DNA of 64,000 nucleotides from Candidatus Binatota bacterium (GTDB taxonomy: Bacteria; Desulfobacterota; Binatia; UBA1149; CAITLU01). How positions within the stretch are numbered: position 1 is the first letter of the stretch; each line of letters starts with the position of its first letter. A model generated the notes under the pieces. That model saw only the letters and a list, made by a program, of their open reading frames with translations, searched no databases and had not been told where the DNA came from. Made by a program: the position numbers and the translations under genes. The stretch spans positions 1,161 to 65,160 of the forward strand of contig JAJRWY010000312.1 in assembly GCA_024276575.1 (NCBI GenBank). Direction: 5' to 3'. This document shows, piece after piece, positions 56,839-64,000 of this stretch.

Positions 56839-57639
56839 TTACTTGAGCCCTAGCAGGCGGGGTCTACCGAGGGGGCCGCTTAGACGGTAGCTGCGCCAGC
56901 CCTCTGTGTTCTCGGTGGCTTTGGGAAGCAGGCCGAGCAGGACCCGCGCTTTGGCCGAAGAGTCAGCGGCTCGCACCTTGAAATACAGATCTGTTTGGTA
57001 GCTACCGTCGTCCCTGCGCGAGATGTGGCCGCGGGTCAGATGCCATTGCAGGCCGGCGGCCCTAGCCTCTGCGGATTCGATCTCGAGCTTGCCGTTGCTC
57101 AACCGACCCTTGGCTGAAACCGCATCGAACTCCCATTCGCCGATGGCCATGCCCGCCTTGCTGATGCCGCGCCCGTCCGCGTTGGCGAGCGGCAGGTGCC
57201 CGCTCACGCTGCCATCATTTGCTTCGAGCTCCATACTGCCGTTTCCGTCCGTTACGTCGATTCGTGCGTTGAAGTCGCCGCTTAGAGAAAGAAACCCCAA
57301 GCGAACGCACTTGGCGGGGTCGCCGTCAAGCAAGCGCAGTTGGAAATCGTCGGGGCCCGTAAAGTTACCCTCGATCGACCCTCCGCAGTAATCGGTGTGG
57401 AAACCTCCGAACAGTCCCAGGTATGCCGACTGAAGGTTCAATTCATAACCGTCTTTGGCAAGCCGTAGCCCACCTACTCTATAACCGAAGGGAAACGCCG
57501 GCCGTGCCGAAAGCAGCGATACTTGAACACCGCGTGGTGAAAGGCCCGCACGCAGTACGCTGGCGAGAAGACGCTCGTGCGGAAAGGTGACGGCTGCGAA
57601 AAGCGCCAGCAGGGCCGCGAACACCAGCAAGCGTTTCAT
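56839..57639 (-). CDS. gspN: Type II secretion system protein N (GspN-like)
   Basis: Signal peptide and predicted periplasmic protein of 266 aa, sitting immediately downstream of gspM in the cluster. Confidence 0.5.
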   Translation of the reverse strand: MKRLLVFAALLALFAAVTFPHERLLASVLRAGLSPRGVQVSLLSARPAFPFGYRVGGLRLAKDGYELNLQSAYLGLFGGFHTDYCGGSIEGNFTGPDDFQLRLLDGDPAKCVRLGFLSLSGDFNARIDVTDGNGSMELEANDGSVSGHLPLANADGRGISKAGMAIGEWEFDAVSAKGRLSNGKLEIESAEARAAGLQWHLTRGHISRRDDGSYQTDLYFKVRAADSSAKARVLLGLLPKATENTEGWRSYRLSGPLGRPRLLGLK

Positions 57640-58193
57640 GTCTTGGACAGCGTTGCGGCCAGCAGTACCAGGTCGAAGCGATCGCGGTCGTCGTAGCGCT
57701 TCTTCATGTCGAGCCTTCGAACGTCGATCGGCCTTTCCGCGTTCTCGATGCGCTTGAGCAGTGCCACGATCTCGGCCAATGACACTTGAGACAGCTTGAT
57801 CTCGACGGTGCTCTCCAAAGTTCCATCCTCGAGTTCCCGGCGGCTAGGATTCATCGACGCTACGCTTTCGGCGCTGACGGCCGCCGCAGTGGCTTTGTCC
57901 ATGAAAGAGAATAGTGAGAAATTCTTCGCGTCTTTCTCCGCTCCGGGCTTGCGCGCGGTGGCACCGGATTGTGCGACTCTGATCTGGCCGGCGAGTATCT
58001 TCATCTCGGCTAGGTCTCTGCGTAAAGAGGCAATCTCGGCCTCTATGCGGCGGCGTCCGGCAGTCAGGGGTTGTATGACCAGCGAGTAGGCTACGACCGC
58101 GGCGACGATAGTGCCGAGTATTGCCAACAAGCGCTGTTCCCGGGGACTGAGACGGGCAAGAATCGCGCCCAGCTTGCGCAGAAGTTCGTTCAT
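57636..58193 (-). CDS. gspM: Type II secretion system protein M
   Basis: Bitopic 185-aa protein (N-terminal TM after a short cytoplasmic segment), 4-nt overlaps with both neighbouring genes, cluster position. Confidence 0.6.
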   Translation of the reverse strand: MNELLRKLGAILARLSPREQRLLAILGTIVAAVVAYSLVIQPLTAGRRRIEAEIASLRRDLAEMKILAGQIRVAQSGATARKPGAEKDAKNFSLFSFMDKATAAAVSAESVASMNPSRRELEDGTLESTVEIKLSQVSLAEIVALLKRIENAERPIDVRRLDMKKRYDDRDRFDLVLLAATLSKT

Positions 58194-59653
58194 CCCTTAG
58201 CGCCTCCACGGAGCGAAGCGGAGCCCAAGGGCTCGAGCAGAAGTTGGAATGCGACGCCGTTGCCGCCGGCTGCCGCGTGTACGTCTTTGACCTCCACTTC
58301 TCCGAAGTGGCCGCTGTCGATCAGCGCTTGTTGCAACAGAGTGACGGCTTCGAAGGAGGCCCCGTTTCCGTTGAGCCTTACATTGTTGCCGCTCACGTAG
58401 AATCCGTCGAACTCGACATCCACATCCTTTGGAACGGCTTGAGACATGAGTGCCAGCACCGTTAGGGGTGTTACTGAAGCGCCGCCCGGGGTTGCCCTTG
58501 CGCCGTTGAGTTCGCGCAGCCGCATCTCCATTTTCAGCCGTGCGCCCTTGCCCTGGCGCATTCCGGGCATTGCCTTGGCGAACACGGCCTCGCTTTGTTT
58601 GCGCAGTTCGGCTCTTTCGGAAGCAAGCCGTACATAGCTGACAGTCGAGGCGAGCAGGGCCAGGCCTAGCGCAGTACCCGCCCAGGGCAATAAAGGCCTG
58701 AGTTCGCTCGATAACTCCGACCAGCGGCCGAAGGTTCCCGAACGCCGTGGCGAAAAATCAAGTAGCGGGGAAGCGATGCCGCCGGTGGCGGCGAACAGTA
58801 GCCCGACCGCCGGCGCACAAGTTCTCCAACGAGCGTCGTCCACACCTTCTAGCGGGCAGCGCTCCGGCAGTTGTTCGATGCTGAAGTGATCGCCGTCACG
58901 ATTCAGATTCTGCGCGATGGCTGCCGCACGCGGCCCTCCCAGCACTATACGCCGGGGGCAGGTCTTCATGCTACGCAGCGCGTACAGCACGTTCCTCGAA
59001 AGTAGAGCGTCGTCACAGGCGCCTATAACGCGCAGGTCCAGCAGTGCTTCCCCACCGAGAACTCCGATGGTAGCGCCGTCGACGGATGCGTCGACAATGG
59101 CTACAGTGCCTTTGTCTTCGTAACTGATTGAGCGGCGATAAATCTCCAAGGTTGCACAAGGAGCCCAGACTATGCGGTCCGCGGACAGCCCCCACTCGGA
59201 AAGACGATTCCCGAGCTTCTCGATGGCCGAGTTCGCGGCCATGGCCGCCAGTACCGGACCTCTGCGGCGGGAGTCGGTAAAGTCGTAGGCGGTAGTGGCT
59301 TCATCGAGCGAAAGCGGGACATGCTCCTCGAGCGCCGGTCCGACGGCTTGTCCCAGCCTCCTGCGGTCGCGGAAGGGGAGGTCGAGGAAGCGGTACAGCG
59401 CTGTTTCAGCCGGCAAGGTGGCGATGACACGGTCCCACGAGTCTTTGCAGAACTCTGGTATCGCCGCGTTGCCGTCGAACTCGGCGTCGCTCAGGGAAAG
59501 CAGCTTGAACGAGCCGATGGTGGCTTCGGCTCTGGCTGCGCACAGCCTCCGGCTGCTCAGGTGTAGGGCAAGTATCTTGGTGCTCACTCCGCTTGCGTTC
59601 CTATGGAGCCGGCTTTCCGCCGGAGCCGAAAAGGCGCGGCCCGAGATCGGCAA
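58190..59653 (-). CDS. gspL: Type II secretion system protein L
   Basis: Cytoplasmic domain, central TM and periplasmic domain; the N-terminus ILALHLSS resembles GspL. The start probably lies downstream of the tool start, which overlaps gspK by 53 nt. Confidence 0.6.
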   Translation of the reverse strand: MPISGRAFSAPAESRLHRNASGVSTKILALHLSSRRLCAARAEATIGSFKLLSLSDAEFDGNAAIPEFCKDSWDRVIATLPAETALYRFLDLPFRDRRRLGQAVGPALEEHVPLSLDEATTAYDFTDSRRRGPVLAAMAANSAIEKLGNRLSEWGLSADRIVWAPCATLEIYRRSISYEDKGTVAIVDASVDGATIGVLGGEALLDLRVIGACDDALLSRNVLYALRSMKTCPRRIVLGGPRAAAIAQNLNRDGDHFSIEQLPERCPLEGVDDARWRTCAPAVGLLFAATGGIASPLLDFSPRRSGTFGRWSELSSELRPLLPWAGTALGLALLASTVSYVRLASERAELRKQSEAVFAKAMPGMRQGKGARLKMEMRLRELNGARATPGGASVTPLTVLALMSQAVPKDVDVEFDGFYVSGNNVRLNGNGASFEAVTLLQQALIDSGHFGEVEVKDVHAAAGGNGVAFQLLLEPLGSASLRGGAKG

Positions 59654-60650
59654 ACCGTGCCGGTGCCGAATCGTCGATGTCGGCTATGTTGGGCCCCCGC
59701 CTCGGCAGAAAATAGACTACATGTATTTCGTCCAAATCGCGATAAAGCACGGCCTCCACCGATTGGAATACGCCGTCAACTTCGCCGCTAGACAGCACTC
59801 GGAAGTAACTACTGCTGTATCGAAACATCTTGTCCAGCTTGCTCTTGCTGCGGAATGCGGTCTTCCAACCCTCGAGTTCGAGCAGCATCTGCGAGTTTCG
59901 TATCGGTGTTTGCTCGCGGTAGGCCAGGAGAGTGCCGACCAGCACACCGTCACGCAAGGCCGGGTCCAAGGCTTCGAGCACTGCGGCCGGCGCCGTATTG
60001 GGATTGATCTTGTCCTGGGTTTCCGGAAGCACCGTACACAGTGGGCGCAGGGCACTCAGGCGGTGAGTGTCGAATCCGCGGATGAGGGCGAGTTCGGCGA
60101 AGCTGCGCAAGGCGGAGTTTCTCGGTGGGTAAGGCACGCCGATACTTTGATAGTAGTCGCGCTCGGCGCCCACAGGATCGCTGCTTACCGCGTTGTTGCG
60201 GTCGAGCCAATCCGCCAACGCAGCGGCAAGCTCAGGTTCGAATTCGAGCTGGGCCAGAATCTCCATGAAACGCCGGCCGTTCGTCGAATGGACACCCGAA
60301 CCCAGTAGATTCAGGTTGAAGCGTGCGTTTTCGTCACTGATACGCAGGAAGATGGTGCCGTCCTCGCTCTGTATGGGAGGTAGCGGAGCGGCCCACAGTT
60401 CACTCAGTGCATCCACCGTCGACATGCGAGCGTCGAGCCTCAGTATCTCCGAGGCCAGTTCGATTCCCGATTCGGCCAGTAGCGCGGCACGCCTTGCCTT
60501 GAGCCAGTGGGCGGTGCGACGGTAGTCGACCTGGGCATCGTAGGTGAACTCGATCACCAGCAAGGTCAGTAGCGACATTGCCACCAATGTCATCAGCAGT
60601 GCGATCCCACGCTGGCTCCTGTTCGCGGCCGCCCCGCAGCAGCGTGTCAT
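59601..60650 (-). CDS. gspK: Type II secretion system minor pseudopilin K
   Basis: N-terminus RGIALLMTLVAMSLLTLLVIEF (prepilin-like hydrophobic segment without the conserved Glu5) and a large periplasmic domain. Confidence 0.7.
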   Translation of the reverse strand: MTRCCGAAANRSQRGIALLMTLVAMSLLTLLVIEFTYDAQVDYRRTAHWLKARRAALLAESGIELASEILRLDARMSTVDALSELWAAPLPPIQSEDGTIFLRISDENARFNLNLLGSGVHSTNGRRFMEILAQLEFEPELAAALADWLDRNNAVSSDPVGAERDYYQSIGVPYPPRNSALRSFAELALIRGFDTHRLSALRPLCTVLPETQDKINPNTAPAAVLEALDPALRDGVLVGTLLAYREQTPIRNSQMLLELEGWKTAFRSKSKLDKMFRYSSSYFRVLSSGEVDGVFQSVEAVLYRDLDEIHVVYFLPRRGPNIADIDDSAPARFADLGPRLFGSGGKPAP

Positions 60651-61357
60651 CGCGTTCCCGTTTCCGCAGCCAGCGGCAGCAGTACCGCAGAGGTCAACTC
60701 TACTGCGGGACCTTCTTCCGCCGTTACCGCAACGGTAGTTTCGACCAGGGCCGGTGCAATATCTTTGTCGGCTCCGGGGCCTACCGAATCCCACTGCTCG
60801 AGCCACCGCTTGCGGTTGTAGAAACGAAGACTGAGTTCCGTTACCGAATCATCGAGCAACACACCCGGTGTCTCCTCAAAATCCACTTCTTCCCGCAACG
60901 GAGGCCGGATTTCGTAGCGCCATAGTTGGGTCCGGTCTTGAATTCTATAGACGACGCGGACCTGGTCGCCCCTGGCCGGACCGGCCCAGGACGCCTCGAT
61001 AGGAGCTTCGGGCGAAGGCACACCGCGTGCCGAGAGGCAGGTAAAATCCAGTACAGTGGCGCTATCGGAAGATAGTTCGAAGCGGTCCGGACCTGGGTAG
61101 AAGAATCGTTTGAGATCCCTGTTGTAATCCTGGGTCATGAAAGAAGCCCGCAGGTCTCTTTCGATGATGTCGATCAACGTACGTGCCCTCGAGTAGGCTT
61201 CGCTACGTTGGCCGACGTATCTGCGCGTGGAAACCGTGCGTGTGAAGGTGCCGTAGAGTCCGGCCGCGAGTAGTGCGAAGATCGCCATGGCTACGGTGAG
61301 TTCGAGCAAGGTCATGCCCCGTTGCCGCTGCTCGGCGCTGTAGGCTACGGCAGCCAT
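60647..61357 (-). CDS. gspJ: Type II secretion system minor pseudopilin J
   Basis: Prepilin-type N-terminus RQRGMTLLELTVAMAIFALL. Confidence 0.7.
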   Translation of the reverse strand: MAAVAYSAEQRQRGMTLLELTVAMAIFALLAAGLYGTFTRTVSTRRYVGQRSEAYSRARTLIDIIERDLRASFMTQDYNRDLKRFFYPGPDRFELSSDSATVLDFTCLSARGVPSPEAPIEASWAGPARGDQVRVVYRIQDRTQLWRYEIRPPLREEVDFEETPGVLLDDSVTELSLRFYNRKRWLEQWDSVGPGADKDIAPALVETTVAVTAEEGPAVELTSAVLLPLAAETGTR

Positions 61358-61767
61358 CAATAGGACTGTTGCCTCATCACAACGGCCATGGTCGCCAGCA
61401 CTTGCGGGTCGCCGCTTCTCGATACACTTACCCGCACGCGCCGTAGCGTTTCGATGGCAGTGGGCATGACTTCGCGTGTCCATACGAAATCTTCACTGCC
61501 GGCTCCTCCGTAGCGAAGGTCCGAGGTCCCGAAGAGATCCTTGTCGCTGCTGAAGCGCCCGTGTTCAATACCGAGTTCCGGATACTCGTCTACTCGCGTC
61601 ATTGTGATCAAATGAGAGGCCAGCAAGCCGGCGCGGGTCAAGTCCAGTGTTTCGGCACTGAGCCTTATGTTGCGAGCGTGCAAGCCCAGCAGGCTTACGA
61701 TTGCGATTCCCAACAGCGCGGTTGCGATCAGAACCTCGAGCAGCGTAAACCCACGGCGATCAGCCAT
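61357..61767 (-). CDS. gspI: Type II secretion system minor pseudopilin I
   Basis: Prepilin-type N-terminus RRGFTLLEVLIATALLGIAIVSL; 136 aa. Confidence 0.75.
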   Translation of the reverse strand: MADRRGFTLLEVLIATALLGIAIVSLLGLHARNIRLSAETLDLTRAGLLASHLITMTRVDEYPELGIEHGRFSSDKDLFGTSDLRYGGAGSEDFVWTREVMPTAIETLRRVRVSVSRSGDPQVLATMAVVMRQQSY

Positions 61768-62344
61768 TGCCGTTCTCCAGGCCGGAGACTGTCACTTTCC
61801 CGTTCATCATGTTTATCGCGATGTGTTTGCGTTCACCGTTATCGGCCACCACGTCGAAGCTCCACTCGCCGAAGCCGCCTTCGGGTAGGAAGTAGAGATC
61901 GGCCAAGCCGCTATAGCTCGTCCCTTCCGCACCGGCGAAAGAGTCGAATTCGACCCCCGCCGGGAACTGCAGCGGTTCTGAGTATGGGTCCCATACTTGA
62001 CGAAATCCAGGATCCTCGCCGACGCTGGAGTCGCTATCTGCCGGCTCGGCGGAAGCCGTCCGGTCCTGTTGCCCGGTTTGCTCGAAAGGAAGGAATACAC
62101 TTACCGTATAGAAGTCGCGATCGAGATCCGCCCGCAGCCTATAGACCCGGCCGCGAAGCGCCGCCTCGTCGTAGAGATAAGAGATCTGTGCAGCTAGGCG
62201 CCGGGTGGTGGACTTGAGCCGCGAAGAACCGAGTTCCGGAAAACGCGGCGCGACCACCGACAAAAGAATGCCGATTATCACGATGACTAGGGTCACCTCT
62301 ATCAGGGTAAACCCCGCTCGTGGGTTACGGTTACATGCGGCCAT
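61760..62344 (-). CDS. gspH: Type II secretion system minor pseudopilin H
   Basis: Prepilin-type N-terminus AGFTLIEVTLVIVIIGILLSV. Confidence 0.7.
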   Translation of the reverse strand: MAACNRNPRAGFTLIEVTLVIVIIGILLSVVAPRFPELGSSRLKSTTRRLAAQISYLYDEAALRGRVYRLRADLDRDFYTVSVFLPFEQTGQQDRTASAEPADSDSSVGEDPGFRQVWDPYSEPLQFPAGVEFDSFAGAEGTSYSGLADLYFLPEGGFGEWSFDVVADNGERKHIAINMMNGKVTVSGLENGNG

Positions 62345-62403
62345 ACCGGCTTTTTTCGATTCGTGATTGAGCGGCCGCGGGCCTGGCACTGAACTATCCT
62401 TGG

Positions 62404-62859
62404 CTAGAAATCTCGCGAGTCGATATCCGCGTCGAAATCTTCGCCCCCTTCTTCGCCGTCGGCACCGAGACTTCTGAGGACGTAAGTCTTTCCGTCACTT
62501 GCGAACAAGAATTCACCACCCCAGGGGTCGATGGGCACCCGCTCCATATAGCCGCCTTTGCGCCAGTTACGCGGCAGTGGCGCGATTTCCGGTTCGGTCA
62601 CCAAGGCTTCGAGCCCCTGGGCCGTGGTCGGGTATATGCCCGAGTCCAGCTTGTACATTTGCAGGCCTTCTTCCAGCGCGCGTATGTCGGCTTGCGCCTT
62701 TACCACCCTGGCTTCATCGGTCCGGCTTATGAAGCGAGGCGCAGCCAGAGATATAAGGAGTCCGAGAATCAGTACGACCACCAGGATCTCAATGAGCGTG
62801 AAGCCCGCTTCGCCTGTACGGCGGCCAGACCCGAACGGTAGCAACGTCTTTTTGTCCAT
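62404..62859 (-). CDS. gspG: Type II secretion system major pseudopilin G
   Basis: GFTLIEILVVVLILGLLISLAAPRF and a conserved GspG body (KAQADIRALEEGLQMYKLDSGIYPTTAQGLEAL); start at MDKK. Confidence 0.85.
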   Translation of the reverse strand: MDKKTLLPFGSGRRTGEAGFTLIEILVVVLILGLLISLAAPRFISRTDEARVVKAQADIRALEEGLQMYKLDSGIYPTTAQGLEALVTEPEIAPLPRNWRKGGYMERVPIDPWGGEFLFASDGKTYVLRSLGADGEEGGEDFDADIDSRDF

Positions 62860-62918
62860 GCGGCAAAAACCCCGGCGACAGGAAAATCTTGTGTAGCAAA
62901 AAAACACGATGGTAAATC

Positions 62919-63971
62919 CTAACGAACCAATTGGTTCATCTCAAAAACCGGAAGCATGATGGCGAGCAACACAAACAGAACCACTCCAGCCATCAGCACT
63001 ATCATCGCCGGTTCGGCCAGCCTTGCAAGTGTGTCGATCTGCTCCCCGACTTCTTCGTCGAGAGCTTCGGCCGCTTTGGCGAGCATTCCTTCGAGGTCGC
63101 CGCTACGCTCTCCGACCGCCAGCATGTCCACTATCATAGGGTGAAAAAGTGGGTTGCCTTCGAGGTGCTCAGCCAGTGACTCTCCTTCGGATACTGCCGT
63201 TTCTGCGCGTGCGAGCGCGTCATTGACCAGTAGGCTGCCCGAAGCGCTGCGGCTTATGCGTAAGGCGTCTACCAGGGTGAGGCCGCCCGAGACCATAGTG
63301 GATAAGGTTTGCGCGAATCGCGCTACCGCAAGGTCGCGGAACAGGCCACCCGCAACCGGTGTGGCCAGCAACAGGCTTTCGAAGCGGCGGCGCCCTTCGT
63401 CTCTGGACACCGCGACTCGAATTCCCGCCAGCAACGCCAGCAAGCCCAGGAACATGACCGCTCCGTAGTTGCCCACCGCCGAGCCTGCGGCCATCAACAT
63501 GCGCGTGGGTAGCGGCAACTGCTGGTTGGCTTCGGCAAAAACGCGGGTTACCTGTGGAACCACATAGGCGAGCAAAAACAGAACGATGCCACCGCCGACC
63601 AGGGACATGATGGCGGGGTATGTCATTGCCGCCCGTGCGCGCGACTGGAGCCGGGCGCTGGCTTCTGCGTGGTCGGCGATGCGTTCACACACGGAATCGA
63701 GAGCGCCGCTGGCCTCGCCGGCCTCGACCATTGCCACGTAGATTGCCGGGAACACTGACGGATGTCGCGCGAGCCCCGCGGCGAAGCTTTCACCTTCCAG
63801 TAGCCGTACGCGGATGTTGTCGAGTGCGGCTCCCAGGCGCGCTTCCACTCCGCGTTTGCGGATCGAAGCCACAGCCTCGACCAATGGTACACCGGCACGT
63901 AGCAGCGTCGCCAACTGCCGCATTGCCCGCGAGAGAACGCGTGGGGAGATGCGCCTCGAGAACAACGTCAA
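62919..63971 (-). CDS. gspF: Type II secretion system inner-membrane platform protein F; N-terminus beyond the window end
   Basis: GspF/PilC family repeats (LATLLRAGVPLVEAV, TLSTMVSGGLTLVDAL). About 60 N-terminal residues are missing, so the gene probably continues past position 64000. Confidence 0.8.
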   Translation of the reverse strand: MTLFSRRISPRVLSRAMRQLATLLRAGVPLVEAVASIRKRGVEARLGAALDNIRVRLLEGESFAAGLARHPSVFPAIYVAMVEAGEASGALDSVCERIADHAEASARLQSRARAAMTYPAIMSLVGGGIVLFLLAYVVPQVTRVFAEANQQLPLPTRMLMAAGSAVGNYGAVMFLGLLALLAGIRVAVSRDEGRRRFESLLLATPVAGGLFRDLAVARFAQTLSTMVSGGLTLVDALRISRSASGSLLVNDALARAETAVSEGESLAEHLEGNPLFHPMIVDMLAVGERSGDLEGMLAKAAEALDEEVGEQIDTLARLAEPAMIVLMAGVVLFVLLAIMLPVFEMNQLVR

Positions 63972-64000
63972 TGGGTGGTTGAAGAGCGATCGATCGCTCT

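Noticed and set aside
1-64000. Search for CRISPR arrays, insertion-sequence inverted repeats, transposases or integrases
   Set aside because: No regularly spaced repeats were seen, and no transposase, integrase or phage-like ORFs. The window looks like core chromosome throughout.

Overview
This is a high-GC (about 65%) chromosomal segment from a Gram-negative bacterium; BamD, LpxC, a LapB/HemY-like TPR protein, RlpA and a type II secretion system are all present. It is densely packed with housekeeping genes on both strands. Called genes include a PBP1A fragment, tsaD, rsmA, mutM, a Dpp-like ABC transporter locus interrupted by yihY, mltD, a six-gene siroheme/heme cluster (sirC-like, hemX/ccsA-like, hemA, hemC, cobA-hemD fusion, hemB), a BepA-like M48 protease, hisC, a four-gene GldA/GldF/GldG/DUF4340 ABC-2 module, polA, an ECF sigma/zinc anti-sigma module, a protein-tyrosine phosphatase, bamD, two tandem ArsA/GET3-like ATPases, the conserved rplU-rpmA-obg-proB-proA-nadD-rsfS block, cutA, rlpA, yebC-ruvCAB, an NtrY-like histidine kinase and a gspF-to-gspN secretion cluster that runs off the window end. 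Two loci stand out. First, a SAM-I riboswitch with its own promoter and intrinsic terminator precedes a minus-strand operon encoding a ThiF-like E1 enzyme, a ThrC-family PLP enzyme, a MoaD/CysO-like sulfur-carrier protein with a 21-residue extension past its Gly-Gly, a CysM-like PLP enzyme and a NIL-domain protein; this looks like a SAM-regulated, protein-thiocarboxylate-dependent homocysteine/methionine pathway with an unusual enzyme set. Second, the gene immediately after the NtrY-like kinase encodes a phospho-acceptor receiver domain fused in frame to a complete LpxC deacetylase. No rRNA, tRNA, CRISPR array or mobile element could be identified by eye. Most gene starts rest on N-terminal plausibility and ribosome-binding sites and are uncertain by a few codons; positions read directly from the sequence may be off by a nucleotide or two.
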